Assembly (NCBI GenBank): GCA_002269645.1
Contig: NIVC01001472.1
Location: 62,001 to 126,000 of the forward strand
Direction: 5' to 3'
DNA length: 64,000 bases
Origin: Macrostomum lignano
Taxonomy: Eukaryota
How positions within the stretch are numbered: position 1 is the first letter of the stretch; each line of letters begins with the position of its first letter. The notes under the pieces were generated by a model. That model ran no database searches and was not told where the DNA came from. It worked only from the letters and a program-made list of their open reading frames with translations. This document shows positions 1 through 11,877 of the stretch, one piece after another. Position numbers and translations under genes: made by a program.

Positions 1-2859
1 GGGTTGCATGTATATTTTACTTATGTATATCGAGCCATGCCCAATCAATATAACTTGGAGGGGTGCTATACCCAAAATATATATTCACTGGTTGCTGGCT
101 CTTGTAAGAGCCATATTATTTTCTACCTTGTGCTAATAGTCTGAGTTTATTCACTACAGACATTTTTTGCATTGTGACAATACAAGACCCTTTCTTGCAT
201 TATGACATTTTGGTCTTTTGTATGCCAACAGCTATACTATATGCTAGTTCTATGGCACAATTTTCCTGCAGATTGTTCTATATATTAGATACTTTACGTT
301 AACCATTTTTTCAGGTCCACTCATTGTGCATGCAGATATTTTCTGGCATATATATAAGATTCAGGAGTAGGAATATATCAAGGCTTAGAGAAATTGCTAT
401 AATGCTGTTTCTTAGGGAGAATTACTAAGATATCAAGGCTCATTAGAAAGAATTAGGCCCTACTAAAATACTGACTATTAAAAGAAATTTTAAGGCTTAT
501 TGGAATATTACTAAGACACTAAGGCTTAGATTATAGGTACGATAAGATATTAAGACTCATAGGTCATAGTGAAATTGCTAAGATACAATACTTATAAAGA
601 GATTGCTCAATACTATGGTTTATAAAGAAGAGGGTTGGTAAGATACTAAAGGACAAGGTAAACATATATGCCCAACTTCAAAATTTTATCTAGCTATATG
701 ACTTTGTCTTAGGCCTAGGCCTACTTTTTGACCAAAAATGCAACTTATCTATAAAAGAAGCCATAAAGCAAAATTAATATAATTTTGGATAAGTGGCAAA
801 AGTAATTATAACTATATTATTAAGGCTAAATGCCTTCTTATCTAATTAGTAACTATCTATGCCTATATTTTTCTAGTCAGTATTTTTGCAACTTATCTTG
901 GCTAAGCCCCTCACTACTTAGCCAAATAGGCCAGGTATTAGGCATATATAATATAATGGTCAACTAGAAGTAGAATTAGGATTAAGGCTAAGCTAGATAC
1001 TAAATAATAGACCTAGCCTAGCACTATATCTGTAAGCCTAATTAAAGCAAAAATGTTTATACATTGTATAGGCCTATGGTTATAAAATTTAGAACACTGA
1101 AAAATATTTGAATTTGAATAGGTAAAAAATATAGCCTAATTCAATGTTGATGTTGAATTTTTTAAGATAGAGCCTAGGGGCCTACGGCCTACACGCTACA
1201 CCTACGACCTAGGCCTACTTAAATAGTGTACAAGTACTTAGCTATGCTTATTGGCCTATTGCTAATTATTTTTGTAAATTGTATGCACGAAATGCTAAAC
1301 ATAATAGGCCTATCTGTAGCTTTACCTTAAAATAGGCTATTTTTAATAAGCTTAGGCCTACTACTAGGCCTACTATTTATAATTTATCCAATAGTCCTAT
1401 AACACTACTGGACAAAAAAGCTTATTAATATTTAGCCAGCAGTCCTACCCTACTGCCAGTCAAATAAGCAGATCACATAGCTTAAAATACAAAACGTACT
1501 GTATAATGCATGCATGTAGCTTAGCTTAAGCATGTATTTAAAGAACATTTAGAACAACAAGCTGATTGAAAATTGAAACCCACGGATTTTGAACCCACCG
1601 TCGAATTCGAAACTCCGGAAGTATTTTTGCATGCATTTATAAAATCTAAAGCCATACTCAAACAAATGTTGTTAATAGTTGTGATGGATACAGGTAAACA
1701 CTTAATGTATTTTTTAACTATATTTTTTAACGTAATAGAATAAAATCAAATTAAACTTACAGCGTCCGGACAGCAATTTAACAGAATCTTTTTTATGTAA
1801 GACAAGATTAATTTGTAGCTGTTAAGTAAAATGAAAAAGCGATAAGCAATTTCTGCATCCCTCATCAGCTGGCAAAGCATGTGGTGCTTTTGCATGTAAC
1901 ACTCTTGCAAGTATGCAAGACATCAGCAAGACCCAATTCTTAATTGTTCCCCCCTCCTCCTTGCACAAAAGATGAAAGAGGCCAGCTGCAGTTCGACGCA
2001 TGAGCATGCTGCATGCAACATAAAGTTGGCCATGTAAGAAGCAAGGTGACCAAGTTGATCCCTTGGAAAAAAGTCAAGTCCAAGTTCCTTGGTTAGTCAT
2101 GAAAAAGCAAACCTTCAGTGGGAACTGTACTTGCTTGAACGAAAAGAAAGATTCGATGAATAATTTTGAATTCCCAGAATAAATACAGATTGCTCTTTGC
2201 TGGATCCTGTCACGATTGTTGCCTAAATCAAATTCGAAAAGAGTTGATTGACGATTAGCCTTGACGAAGAGAAGAGGGGAGAGAGGGGGAGAGGGAGAGA
2301 GAGGAGAGAGAAGAGAGGAGAGAGAGGAAAGAGGAGAGAAGATGTGTTTGCCGACCCTGTTCCAGAGAGTTAAGGAACTCAATGGGAAACTGTTGACGCC
2401 GCTGCTGATGTCAATGTTCTATTCTGGGTTTGCTCTCCTTCTGCTGCACTTGCACTTGCCGCACTCGTGGATAACTGAGGCTGCCTCATCCGTCTTTGGT
2501 GGTAAATCGTGCATCAGGGTTCCATGCAGTACTCACACCAAGGGACTTCTGATGAGGCGGCCAGGCTGTGGGGCCCGTGTGGGCAGGCCACTCCCCGGGC
2601 CCTGCTACCCTGCTTTTAGGCATCCGACTATAAAAATGATCTGTTGCTGCCACAGACCATATAGAATATAGACTGCGAATCTCGGGGGCTTGCCCAGGCG
2701 CGTTGTGGGACAAAAAAGCAACACAAACAATGGTCCTTCCACAAAGCCCCCAACTTCGATCGATATGTGGGACAAAAAATGGGCAAGTGCAAGTTTTCAA
2801 GCTTGAAATTTGCTAATTATAAAGAGTTTAAAACCCCAGGGAGGCAAAATAAATGTAAA

Positions 2860-2925
2860 TTAGATTTGAATTGAATTGATTGAATTGAATTGAATTGAAA
2901 TTGAAATTGAATTTGATTTGAATTA
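2860..2925. repeat. (TTGAA)n microsatellite inside the P-element
   Basis: ttgaattgaattgattgaattgaattgaattgaaattgaaattgaatttg. Confidence 0.8.
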
Positions 2926-3030
2926 CAAGTTCCTTGCAAAAATATCCAGCAAAAAACCAATTAAAGCATTCTTATCCATGCAGCCTCAGCCAGCTTCTAT
3001 AGTGTATCAAAAAGGATAAAAGCGCCAGAA

Positions 3031-3410
3031 AATGTGGCAACTATTGCTGTGCTCAGGGAGCTGAACAAGAAGCACCAGCGACTAAGGGCGCGGTCAAAGT
3101 CACTGACAGAAATTGTGAAAGTGCTGTAGGCAAAGAATATTGTGGATGAAGCTGCAGCATCCCGTCTGCAGTTTCTGTCATCAAATTCATTGTTGAGCTG
3201 TCTAGTGCCAACTAAAAACAAGAGGATAAAAAATTTCCTCCTGAAGTTCGGCGATTTGCTTCCACGTTGCACTATTACAGTCCTAAGGCATACAAATACG
3301 TGAGAAAGTTTTCCAGCTTCCGCGCATCCACCTTCTTTACGGAAATGGATCTCAAGTGTGTACGATGCCTTCCAGGATTCTGCGTCCAAGCATTCCAAGA
3401 ACTATACGCA
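3031..3410 (+). pseudogene. Degraded P-element/THAP9-like transposase fragment
   Basis: Hand translation across frameshifts and one TAG gives LRELNKKHQRLRARSKSLTEIVKVL*AKNIV, then FPPEVRRFASTLHYYSPKAYKYVRKF (from 3234), LP-HPPSLRKWISSV and LPGFCVQAFQEL. This matches the P-transposase motif FALTLHFYSPKAYxYVR-LPHPSTLRxW-PGF. Confidence 0.85.
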
Positions 3411-4249
3411 TTCTGTTGAACACCGAAACGATTATTCGCCGCTCCAGCTTTGATAGCTGCTTTTCAAGCTCAATCGCTGTTCAAGAGACTTTGAATTTGA
3501 ATTTCACTTTGAATTTCAGCCGCTATTTTCTGAATTGGATTCGCATTCAGCAGCTGTTAGCACAGGTATTGAGTCACACAAGCTGCAGCTGTAGCACAGG
3601 TATTGAGTCAAGAAAGTTATGAGCATTTTTTACATCAGAATTCGCATGAAGAAAATTGCGAAAGACATGTCGCACTTATTAAGAAAGGCAGGAAGGAGAC
3701 AGAAGCTGCTGCGCACAGCAATTTTTCTTAATCTGAAAGCTTGGACTTTGAAGGACATTTCGGGGTAATTTAATTTAATTTCATTACTTTTATGTATTTG
3801 GTTTTCGTGGACTTTTATGTAAAAAAGAAGAAGAAATGTATCTCAATTGCATGTGTCCAATAGGAGCACAATGGAAAAGAGGCCCGCCCTGTACCACATA
3901 TCGATCGAGCTGGGGTGGGTGAGAGGGACCAGTTTCTTATGGAGGAAAATGGCCCACTTTTTTCTTCACTTTACTGGTCTATATTCTATATGGTCTGTGG
4001 TTGCTGCTGCATGGCTTGAAGCCTGACTCATAAAGTCATGAACACTCGATAAGTATACTATTTTTACTCTCGAAAGGTTGCTCGAATTTCGCGAAGCAAT
4101 GTGATTTGCTAGCTACTTCCCCCTTACTTCCCCCATAGCTCAGGCTGTAGAGGTTCAATTGCAAAGCAGTTTTTGAAATCCGACAGAACTTTTACATATT
4201 TGCTTCTTTACAATACAACAGTTCCAAGGTCCGCCGACCACAAAGTGGT

Positions 4250-4640
4250 CAGGGAGATGGAACAATGTCAAACAGTCTCTGATGCGAGGTAAAAGCAACA
4301 CCGTTGGCCTTGTTAGGAGACTTGGCGTTTTCTGTCAAACAGTCGACGAACCTCCGGGTCCGTGCCTGCATGCCTCCGCCGGAAAGGGGCCCGCGCTGTG
4401 TCCACAGCAGAACCTCCTGCAGCGGCTCCGGGCAGTATGACTCGGCGTCGCTGTCGCAGGGTCACGCTGGGAGGGCTCAGCTTGATCCGTTGATAGAAGG
4501 CCTGGTTGGTGACGCATTCGGCGTGACGGTGGATGTTAAAAGCAGCACGTAGCAGGCTGGAGTGCACGCGACCAGTTGTCGCTCCAGGACCTCTGTGGTC
4601 ATCCATGTCTCGACGTTGTAGAGGAGCACCGTTTCCACAG
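4250..4640 (-). mobile_element. Non-LTR retrotransposon (RTE-like LINE) RT C-terminal fragment, degraded
   Basis: Minus-strand frames give VETVLLYNVETWMTTEVLERQL, HSSLLRAAFNI and VTNQAFYQRIKLSPPSVTLRQRRR, matching the LLYGxETW...LLRxxxxI...VTNxxLY...LRxRR tail of RTE-type ORFs. Frameshifted. Confidence 0.8.
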
Positions 4641-6789
4641 ATAGTATAGTACACCGGACAAGTACAAGTAAATGGACAGTACAATACACCGGATATGCTT
4701 CTTTGGACACCAATATCATTTGAAAGTACCCGTTTTTCTCGAAGTTCCACATGTTTTACCGTGAAAGCGTCATCCATAGGTATTAAAAACAAATGGCAGA
4801 AGACATCCAGTGGCAATCCTAGATCCTGGTGTCAACAGAGTCAGCAAAATTGGCTGCTGGGAGTTCAAAATTTTGGATACGAGCCGAAATAGAGCTTCTT
4901 AGAAAGCACTAAAAGATTATGACAAACATTTTTCTGGGCGTTAGAAGTCAATGCAAAACTTATTTTTATCCAAAAATCTATTTTTATAGACCTATAATCT
5001 TACCTCAGAAACAGTTTCCCACCTTGATATACAACAACTTTGGTGTCCTGTATAAATCAGCAGAATGGTCTAGTGTGCCTACGAGCTATTCCTCCATCTT
5101 TCATGAGCACACGCACACGTGCAGTACACACCGATACGGTACACAGATATCACTGAGCAGACAATGAGAAACGTGTATACTGCGCGATTAGGGTTGACCC
5201 ACATCGGAATATGCTGCAGGAACGGCCCAAGTTGCTTCTCAGTGACAACCTCAAATTCGTGTGGTGCACAAGGTTTCGAACCCGGGAACTATCTTTTCTG
5301 TCATTGAGACATAAGTGGCGATTAGTTGGTTATCAAATGCAATAAGTGATAACAAGCCATAAATATATATTTGGTTGCGCAAGAAAGTACATTTAAACGA
5401 CTAAGGTACACTGCATTAAGCTACATTTACTGTGTGCGACGTTATACTGATATCGAAATGTTTTGTTAAAAAGGCAGGAAACATATAATACTCTACGAAT
5501 AAAACTGATACACGGACGCTTTTATGCTAGTTATATTGATATATAGGCGAAAATCTGTCAGGTCATGTCAAGGAACAATCGTTGCGACGGCGTGTCGCCG
5601 CAAAAAAATGACACCTCAGCACCGCAGCAGCATAAGGCCACATTACTGTTTATAATTCCCTATGCTAGCTCGCATTTGCTAAAAAATTACCTTTGCCATC
5701 TTATCAGTTTGTTTTTCTCTTTAACAGTAGGAATGCAAAGCCATTTTTTCCACCCGTCGAACTACCAATGGGGGGACAATTTTTTTTGCTGCGCCGGAAC
5801 GGAGCAACGCAGGCACACGAAATTCAAGAGCACGGGCCAGCTTCTTTTGCGCACCTTCTCAAACAAGAATCAAGTCGCCAGCCCTCCAGACCGTCGAGAT
5901 ATTCGACGATTCTGCCAGAAGGTCGGATTTTTCCCATAAGCGCCAGTGTATTCAGTACAACCCTGTGCGCCAATCAGCACTGCACCTCAGTGCAGCCTTG
6001 CCAAGCCTTCAAATTTCATCAGCACGTCGACCGCATGTGTCTGCGTCAGCTCTGACTTCGTTGGTCACTGGTTTTTACCCAAGCGGAGCTTCTGGACCTT
6101 CAACAGGTGGCACGTCCATGTGAATATGGAAACCCTGTTACGAATTTCTTTAGTTTCGCTAATCAAGCCTCGACGACAGTGGCAATTGCCTCAACTGCTG
6201 GACATCCTCAGCTGGTCTCTCAAGCATTCAGTCGTCACCACGACGCCGTCGGGACCTTCAACAGGCGGCACCAGGTGAGTTTGGAGATTTGCAACTATGT
6301 CAGATTTTTGCCTGCGTTGCTCCGGTGCTGGGAAAATTGTCAGGGGAATTCCTCCCTCAGTAGTTCTCCTGTAATGCAAAAAATTACAGGTAAAATTTCG
6401 CACAGTTGATCACAGTTTATTTCAATGAGGTCTGAATGACAGTAGTGAAAGTCACTACTAAGGAATTACGGCAGCTGAGAATTATACGAATGAGGCGTGG
6501 AGGTATTAAAGCATATGCATAAGATAATTTCAGGTAGCAAATGACGGCTTCTCGTTAGAGTTCAACCTTAAGGTAGTGTTAGGGTTTAGTGAGAAGGCTA
6601 GGGGTTAGAATCATGCAGCGTTTGGTCAAGTGCTGGGCAAGTTGTTAGAAAACAGAAAAGCCATGTTTTAATGTTTGTTAAAGTTTAACTCCAGCTAAGT
6701 ATACGCTGTTATCTGTGAACTGCCCACCAGATTCTGCTTCTCTCTGCTCTCTCCCTCATCATGTCTCTTCTGTGTCTCTCCCCGTCTTC

Positions 6790-7810
6790 TCTCTGCCTCT
6801 CCCCTCCTCTCTGTTCCTCCCCCTCCTCTCTGTTCCTCCTCCTCCCCTCTGTTCCCCCCTCCTTTCTGTTCCTCCCCCTCCCCTCTGTTCCCCCCTCCTC
6901 TCTGTTCCTCCCTCCTCTCTGTTCCTCCCCCTCCTCTCTGTTCCTCCCCTCCTCTCTGTTCCTCCCCCTCCTCTCTGTTCCTCCTCCTCTCTGTTCCTCC
7001 CCTCCTCTCTGTTCCTCCCCCTCCTCTCTGTTCCTCCCCCTCCTCTCTGTTCCTCCCCCTCCTCTCTGTTCCTCCTCCTCCCCTCTGTTCCCCCCTCCTC
7101 TCTGTTCCTCCCCTCCTCTCTGTTCCTCCCCCTCTCTGTTCCTCCCCTCCTCTCTGTTCCTCCCCTCCTCTCTGTTCCTCCCCTCCTCTCTGTTCCTCCC
7201 CCTCCTCTCTGTTCCTCCCCTCCTCTCTGTTCCTCCCCCTCCTCTCTGTTCCTCCCCCTCCTCTCTGTTCCTCCTCCTCCCCTCTGTTCCCCCTCCTCTC
7301 TGTTCCTCCCCTCCTCTCTGTTCCTCCCCCTCCTCTCTGTTCCTCCCCTCCTCTCTGTTCCTCCCCTCCTCTCTGTTCCTCCCCTCCTCTCTGTTCCTCC
7401 CCTCCTCTCTGTTCCTCCCCTCCTCTCTGTTCCTCCCCCTCCTCTCTGTTCCTCCCCTCCTCTCTGTTCCTCCCCTCCTCTCTGTTCCTCCCCTCCTCTC
7501 TGTTCCTCCTCCTCCCCTCTGTTCCCCCCTCCTCTCTGTTCCTCCCCTCCTCTCTGTTCCTCCCCCTCCTCTCTGTTCCTCCCCTCCTCTCTGTTCCTCC
7601 CCTCCTCTCTGTTCCTCCCCTCCTCTCTGTTCCTCTCCCTCCTCTCTGTTCCTCCCCTCCTCTCTGTTCCTCCCCTCCTCTCTGTTCCTCCCCTCCTCTC
7701 TGTTCCTCCCCCTCCTCTCTGTTCCTCCCCTCCTCTCTGTTCCTCCCCCTCCTCTCTGTTCCTCCCCTCCTCTCTGTTCCTCCCCCTCCTCTCTGTTCCT
7801 CCCCCTCCTC
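6790..7810. repeat. Polypyrimidine minisatellite, ~17-18 bp unit CCTCCTCTCTGTTCCTCC
   Basis: Direct reading. Accounts for the L/S/P ORFs 6715-7986 and 6761-7930. Confidence 0.95.
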
Positions 7811-8264
7811 TCTCTCTATCTGTCTCTCCTCCCTATATGTCTGTCAATATTTTTATCTCATCCACATCTCGCCCTCTCAATCCCTCCCTCACTTCCTCTC
7901 CTTTTTCTCTCTTTCGTTGTCTTTGCGTGACCCAAAGTACATTTATCTTTGTTCATGCTCACCACTCCTTGCGATTCACTAAATAAAGCTGATTGACTGC
8001 CTGCCTATGCTTGCCTCTCTCTTCGTTCTGCTACATACTCCACCATCAGTACGGAGGCTTTTACGCTCGTTTTATCGTGCGCACATTTCAGTAGTTTTAA
8101 TGCACTCAAGCTTTCTATTCATTACAGAAAAAGGTGAGGGGTTGACACTTCAGATTTAGGGCTGCAGCTAAATTTCTTTTGGTTACGATTTAGAGTTAGA
8201 CCCGAAGTTGCAAAACATGCACGTTACTGGCATACAGCCCAGCGACAGTCTAGCAGCCCGACCG

Positions 8265-9292
8265 TCACAGAAAGCCGTCCAGATGGTGAAACCTTCCGCC
8301 ACCCGGAGCATTCCGATTGCGCATCGTGTTTGTCCCGGTTACGTAATACTGCTCACATGGTACCACTTCATCTCTGCCAGGCCAGTCCAGGCAGCAGGCC
8401 ACTTGAAGGCTGATCCGCATGTTTCGAAAAAAGCCAAGCAAGTTGAGCATGACGCTGACCTCAAAAAGCGTCACCGTCGGAAATGGCCACGCGTTGTCGC
8501 CGAAGGTGAAGTAGGGAACCACAACGGAGTCAAATTCTGGCATTCTGACATTCAGCATTTCCCGCAGGGAGACAACCGCTTGGTCCGACAGTTGCAGGGG
8601 TGTAAAGGTTACGCTCGGAATCATGCCACCGCTCGACCGATGCAGCTCGTTCCATCCGCTGGGGCGAGCCTCCCTGTGCCCTTGGACAGCATTGAATGCA
8701 TACACTGGCCTGTCAAACTGCACATTGCGCATGCTGAGCGTGTCTGTTATGATACCGCACGTCACGGAAGCATTGATGCTGCAGCCCCAGGGCGAGTAGA
8801 GGGCGATTTTCTGCAGCTCTCCCCTTGTAATGCTTGAAATACCGATGGGAAAGTGGAAGCCAACTGGAAGCTGCAGGCGTGGGTCAATTCCGCCGTGGGA
8901 AAGAATCGTGACAGTCACGTTGCTCGGCGGCTCGGCTGGAATCTTGCGTGAGAACAGCTGGTACAGCCTCGCAAGCCTAGAGGTAAACTCCACCCGATCT
9001 TTCATCTGGGGAACGTATTGGAGAAAGGTGAGACGCCAAGTCTCATCAGTGAGCTGCTCCAGAGCCTGCTGCGCGTCTCGGGCATCTTCCGAGCTAGCTC
9101 TGCGCTTCTCACCAATTTTCGACAGCGTCTCAAACAATTTCCTCACGTGTTCCATCCGTCCAAGCCACTCGCTGCACTCTTGAGCCTTCTTGCTGCAATG
9201 CGGGGAAACATCAGGCATTGTATGAGTTACAGTGGTGAGCTGACCATTCCCTGCTGCGTGCAGCAGGCCACGTGTAAGAAAATCTTCATACA
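8265..9292 (-). CDS. Uncharacterised protein, terminal exon (~342 codons): N-terminal coiled-coil region plus C-terminal domain with His-Gly/Ala-Cys motifs (putative cysteine-protease-like)
   Basis: Non-repetitive 342-codon ORF with helical N-terminal half (EKRRASSEDARDAQQALEQL), VTVTILSHGG (H133), ALYSPWGC, MIPSVTFTP and ISLQVACCLD (C300). The track's GTG start straddles a 3' splice site TTTTATTTTACAG (AG at 9294-9293), so this is probably a phase-1 exon. Confidence 0.7.
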
Positions 9293-9550
9293 CTGTAAAA
9301 TAAAACTCAACTTTTGAATATTTTAATGCAAAAATCTCTCTGAATTGTGATTTCCTATCTCTTTATTTCTTTTTATTGTTTCGAAGACCGACGGCACTGG
9401 CCCAACACTGTCTCCTACCGATTAAGTACAATCACACGATTGCGGTGTCCACCCACACGCGCACGTGACCTAGGGGTTGTTTCTCATGAAAGTTATAGAT
9501 TGCACTATGGGGCGTTCTTTTCCTTGCGTTCGTCACTAAGAGTGTTTTTA

Positions 9551-9736
9551 ATTCAAATTCGCGCCAAAAAAACTCTACTTTGTTTAGGTTAGGGCTGGGG
9601 CTTAGATTAAGGTTAGGGTTTAAGTAAGGGTTTGGGCTTAGGTTTAGGATAGGGTTAGATTGAGTTGAGGATTGAGTTAAGGTTTGGTTTAGAGCTTAGG
9701 TTAAGGAAATGCATTTTTGGCGCGATGACGAATTGA
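9551..9736. mobile_element. Small hairpin element with degenerate TTAGGG-like core
   Basis: ttcaaattcgcgccaaaaa (9552-9570) is inverted relative to tttttggcgcgatgacgaattgaa (~9713-9736), enclosing ggttagggctggggcttagattaaggttaggg-type sequence. Confidence 0.5.
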
Positions 9737-10289
9737 AAAAGTTTAACGAGCAAAGCGAAACATTGCTCACTAAGGGTCCTGACCTTCTCAACGCCGTTTC
9801 ACCCCAAACAGAAAGAGGCATCGTTGTGGTTTGGGGTTTAAGTACATAGAAGACTTTTGTAAGAACTTTTTTAAAGATTGGAATGCTCACCTCTATAGGA
9901 ATACAGTGTTCTTAATGCGGCGCGAGTGCAACGCAAAAACTCAATTTAAGTGCACTGCAGATCAGATTGTGGAGCAAGTTCTGCAACAGCACAGCAAAGT
10001 CAGCTACCCTGCTTTACCTTAACAAGTACACTACTGCTACTTAATTTATTGACACCGAATGGATGGAAGTAAATTAAATCAACGAGACTATTCTCTGTAG
10101 AAATTTTTCATTCAAACTCGTAGTGATGAATTAGATTGGAGTTCCTCCCCATTCATGCATTTTGAATAACACGAGTACTGAAATTCAGCACTCAACAATA
10201 CCATCGCAGCGCCCATCTGGCAGTTCATCGTCTGCCTATTTTGATGCTCTTTCCTCAGCCTTCGCACAAAGTGAAGGTGGGATGCGTCT

Positions 10290-11720
10290 CTCCCTCTCTC
10301 TCCGGCTCTCCCTACCTCTCTCTTTTCTCTTCTCTCCGTCTGTCACTACCTCTCTCTTTCTCTCCGTCTGTCACTAACTCTCTCTTTCTCTCCGTCTGTC
10401 ACTACCTCTCTCTTTCTCTCCGTCTGTCACTACCTCTCTCTTTCTCTCCGCCTGTCACTACCTCTCTCTTTCTCTCCGTCTGTCACTACCTCTCTCTTTC
10501 TCTCCGTCTTTCACTAACTCTCTCTTTCTCTCCGTCTCTCTCCGTTTCTCTCCGCCTGTCACTACCTCTCTCTTTCTCTCCGCCTGTCACTACCTCTCTC
10601 TTTCTCTCCGCCTGTCACTACCTCTCTCTTTCTCTCCGTCTGTCACTACCTCTCTCTTTCTCTCCGTCTGTCACTACCTCTCTCTTTCTCTCCGTCTGTC
10701 ACTACCTCTCTCTTTCTCTCCGTCTGTCACTACCTCTCTCTTTCTCCCCGTCTGTCGCTACCTCTCTCTTTCTCTCCGCCTGTCACTACCTCTCTCTTTC
10801 TCTCCGTCTGTCACTACCTCTCTCTTTCTCTCCGTCTGTCACTAACTCTCTCTTTCTCTCCGTCTGTCACTACCTCTCTCTTTCTCTCCGTCTGTCACTA
10901 ACTCTCTCTTTCTCTCCGTCTGTCACTACCTCTCTCTTTCTCTCCGCCTGTCACTACCTCTCTCTTTCTCTCCGTCTGTCACTACCTCTCTCTTTCTCTC
11001 CGTCTGTCACTACCTCTCTCTTTCTCTCCGTCTTTCACTAACTCTCTCTTTCTCTCCGTCTCTCACTACCTCTCTCTTTCTCTCCGCCTGTCACTACCTC
11101 TCTCTTTCTCTCCGCCTGTCACTACCTCTCTCTTTCTCTCCGCCTGTCACTACCTCTCTCTTTCTCTCCGTCTGTCACTACCTCTCTCTTTCTCTCCGTC
11201 TGTCACTACCTCTCTCTTTCTCTCCGTCTGTCACTACCTCTCTCTTTCTCTCCGTCTGTCACTAACTCTCTCTTTCTCTCCGCCTGTCACTACCTCTCTC
11301 TTTCTCTCCGTCTGTCACTAACTCTCTCTTTCTCTCCGCCTGTCACTAACTCTCTCTTTCTCTCCGTCTGTCACTAACTCTCTCTTTCTCTCCGTCTGTC
11401 GCTACCTCTCTCTTTCTCTCCGTCTGTCACTAACTCTCTCTTTCTCTCCGCCTGTCACTAACTCTCTCTTTCTCTCCGTCTGTCACTACCTCTCTCTTTC
11501 TCTCCGTCTGTCACTAACTCTCTCTTTCTCTCCGTCTGTCACTACCTCTCTCTTTCTCTCCGTCTGTCACTACCTCTCTCTTTCTCTCCGCCTGTCACTA
11601 ACTCTCTCTTTCTCTCCGTCTGTCACTAACTCTCTCTTTCTCTCCGTCTCTCACTACCTCTCTCTTTCTCTCCATCTGTCACTAACTCTCTCTTTCTCTC
11701 CGTCTCTCACTACCTCTTTC
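10290..11720. repeat. 28-bp minisatellite CTCTCTCTTTCTCTCCGTCTGTCACTAC
   Basis: Direct reading; 28-residue periodicity in ORF 10241-11041. Confidence 0.95.
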
Positions 11721-11877
11721 TTCCCACTAAAAGAGTCCCACTAACCCAAGAATTTCAACAAATATAAAAGTGAAACTTAGGGTTGGGGGTTCACCTGGGA
11801 CCCATCCTGGCCTTGGACCACACTAGTAACACTATATCATTGGACTGGAGGCCCTGCAGTCAACTATGAGAAACAAC

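Larger units (their letters stand above)
2651..3999 (+). mobile_element. Internally deleted P-element (THAP9-type) DNA transposon, 1349 bp
   Basis: Perfect 23-bp terminal inverted repeats CACAGACCATATAGAATATAGAC (2651-2673 and 3977-3999) flanked by an identical 8-bp TSD GTTGCTGC (2643-2650 and 4000-4007). The interior carries a P-transposase remnant. Confidence 0.93.

Noticed and set aside
1822-2260. Cys-rich minus-strand fragments suggesting a transposase C-terminal CxC domain
   Set aside because: The pattern appears only by switching frames freely; not diagnostic.
5728-6274. Exon-like segment (TTAACAG acceptor, GTGAGT donor, internal repeat GGACCTTCAACAGG(T/C)GGCAC)
   Set aside because: No frame is open across it and no family motif is recognisable; could be a pseudo-exon but cannot be supported.
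6715-7986. 423-aa and 389-aa ORFs
   Set aside because: Translations of a stop-free polypyrimidine minisatellite.
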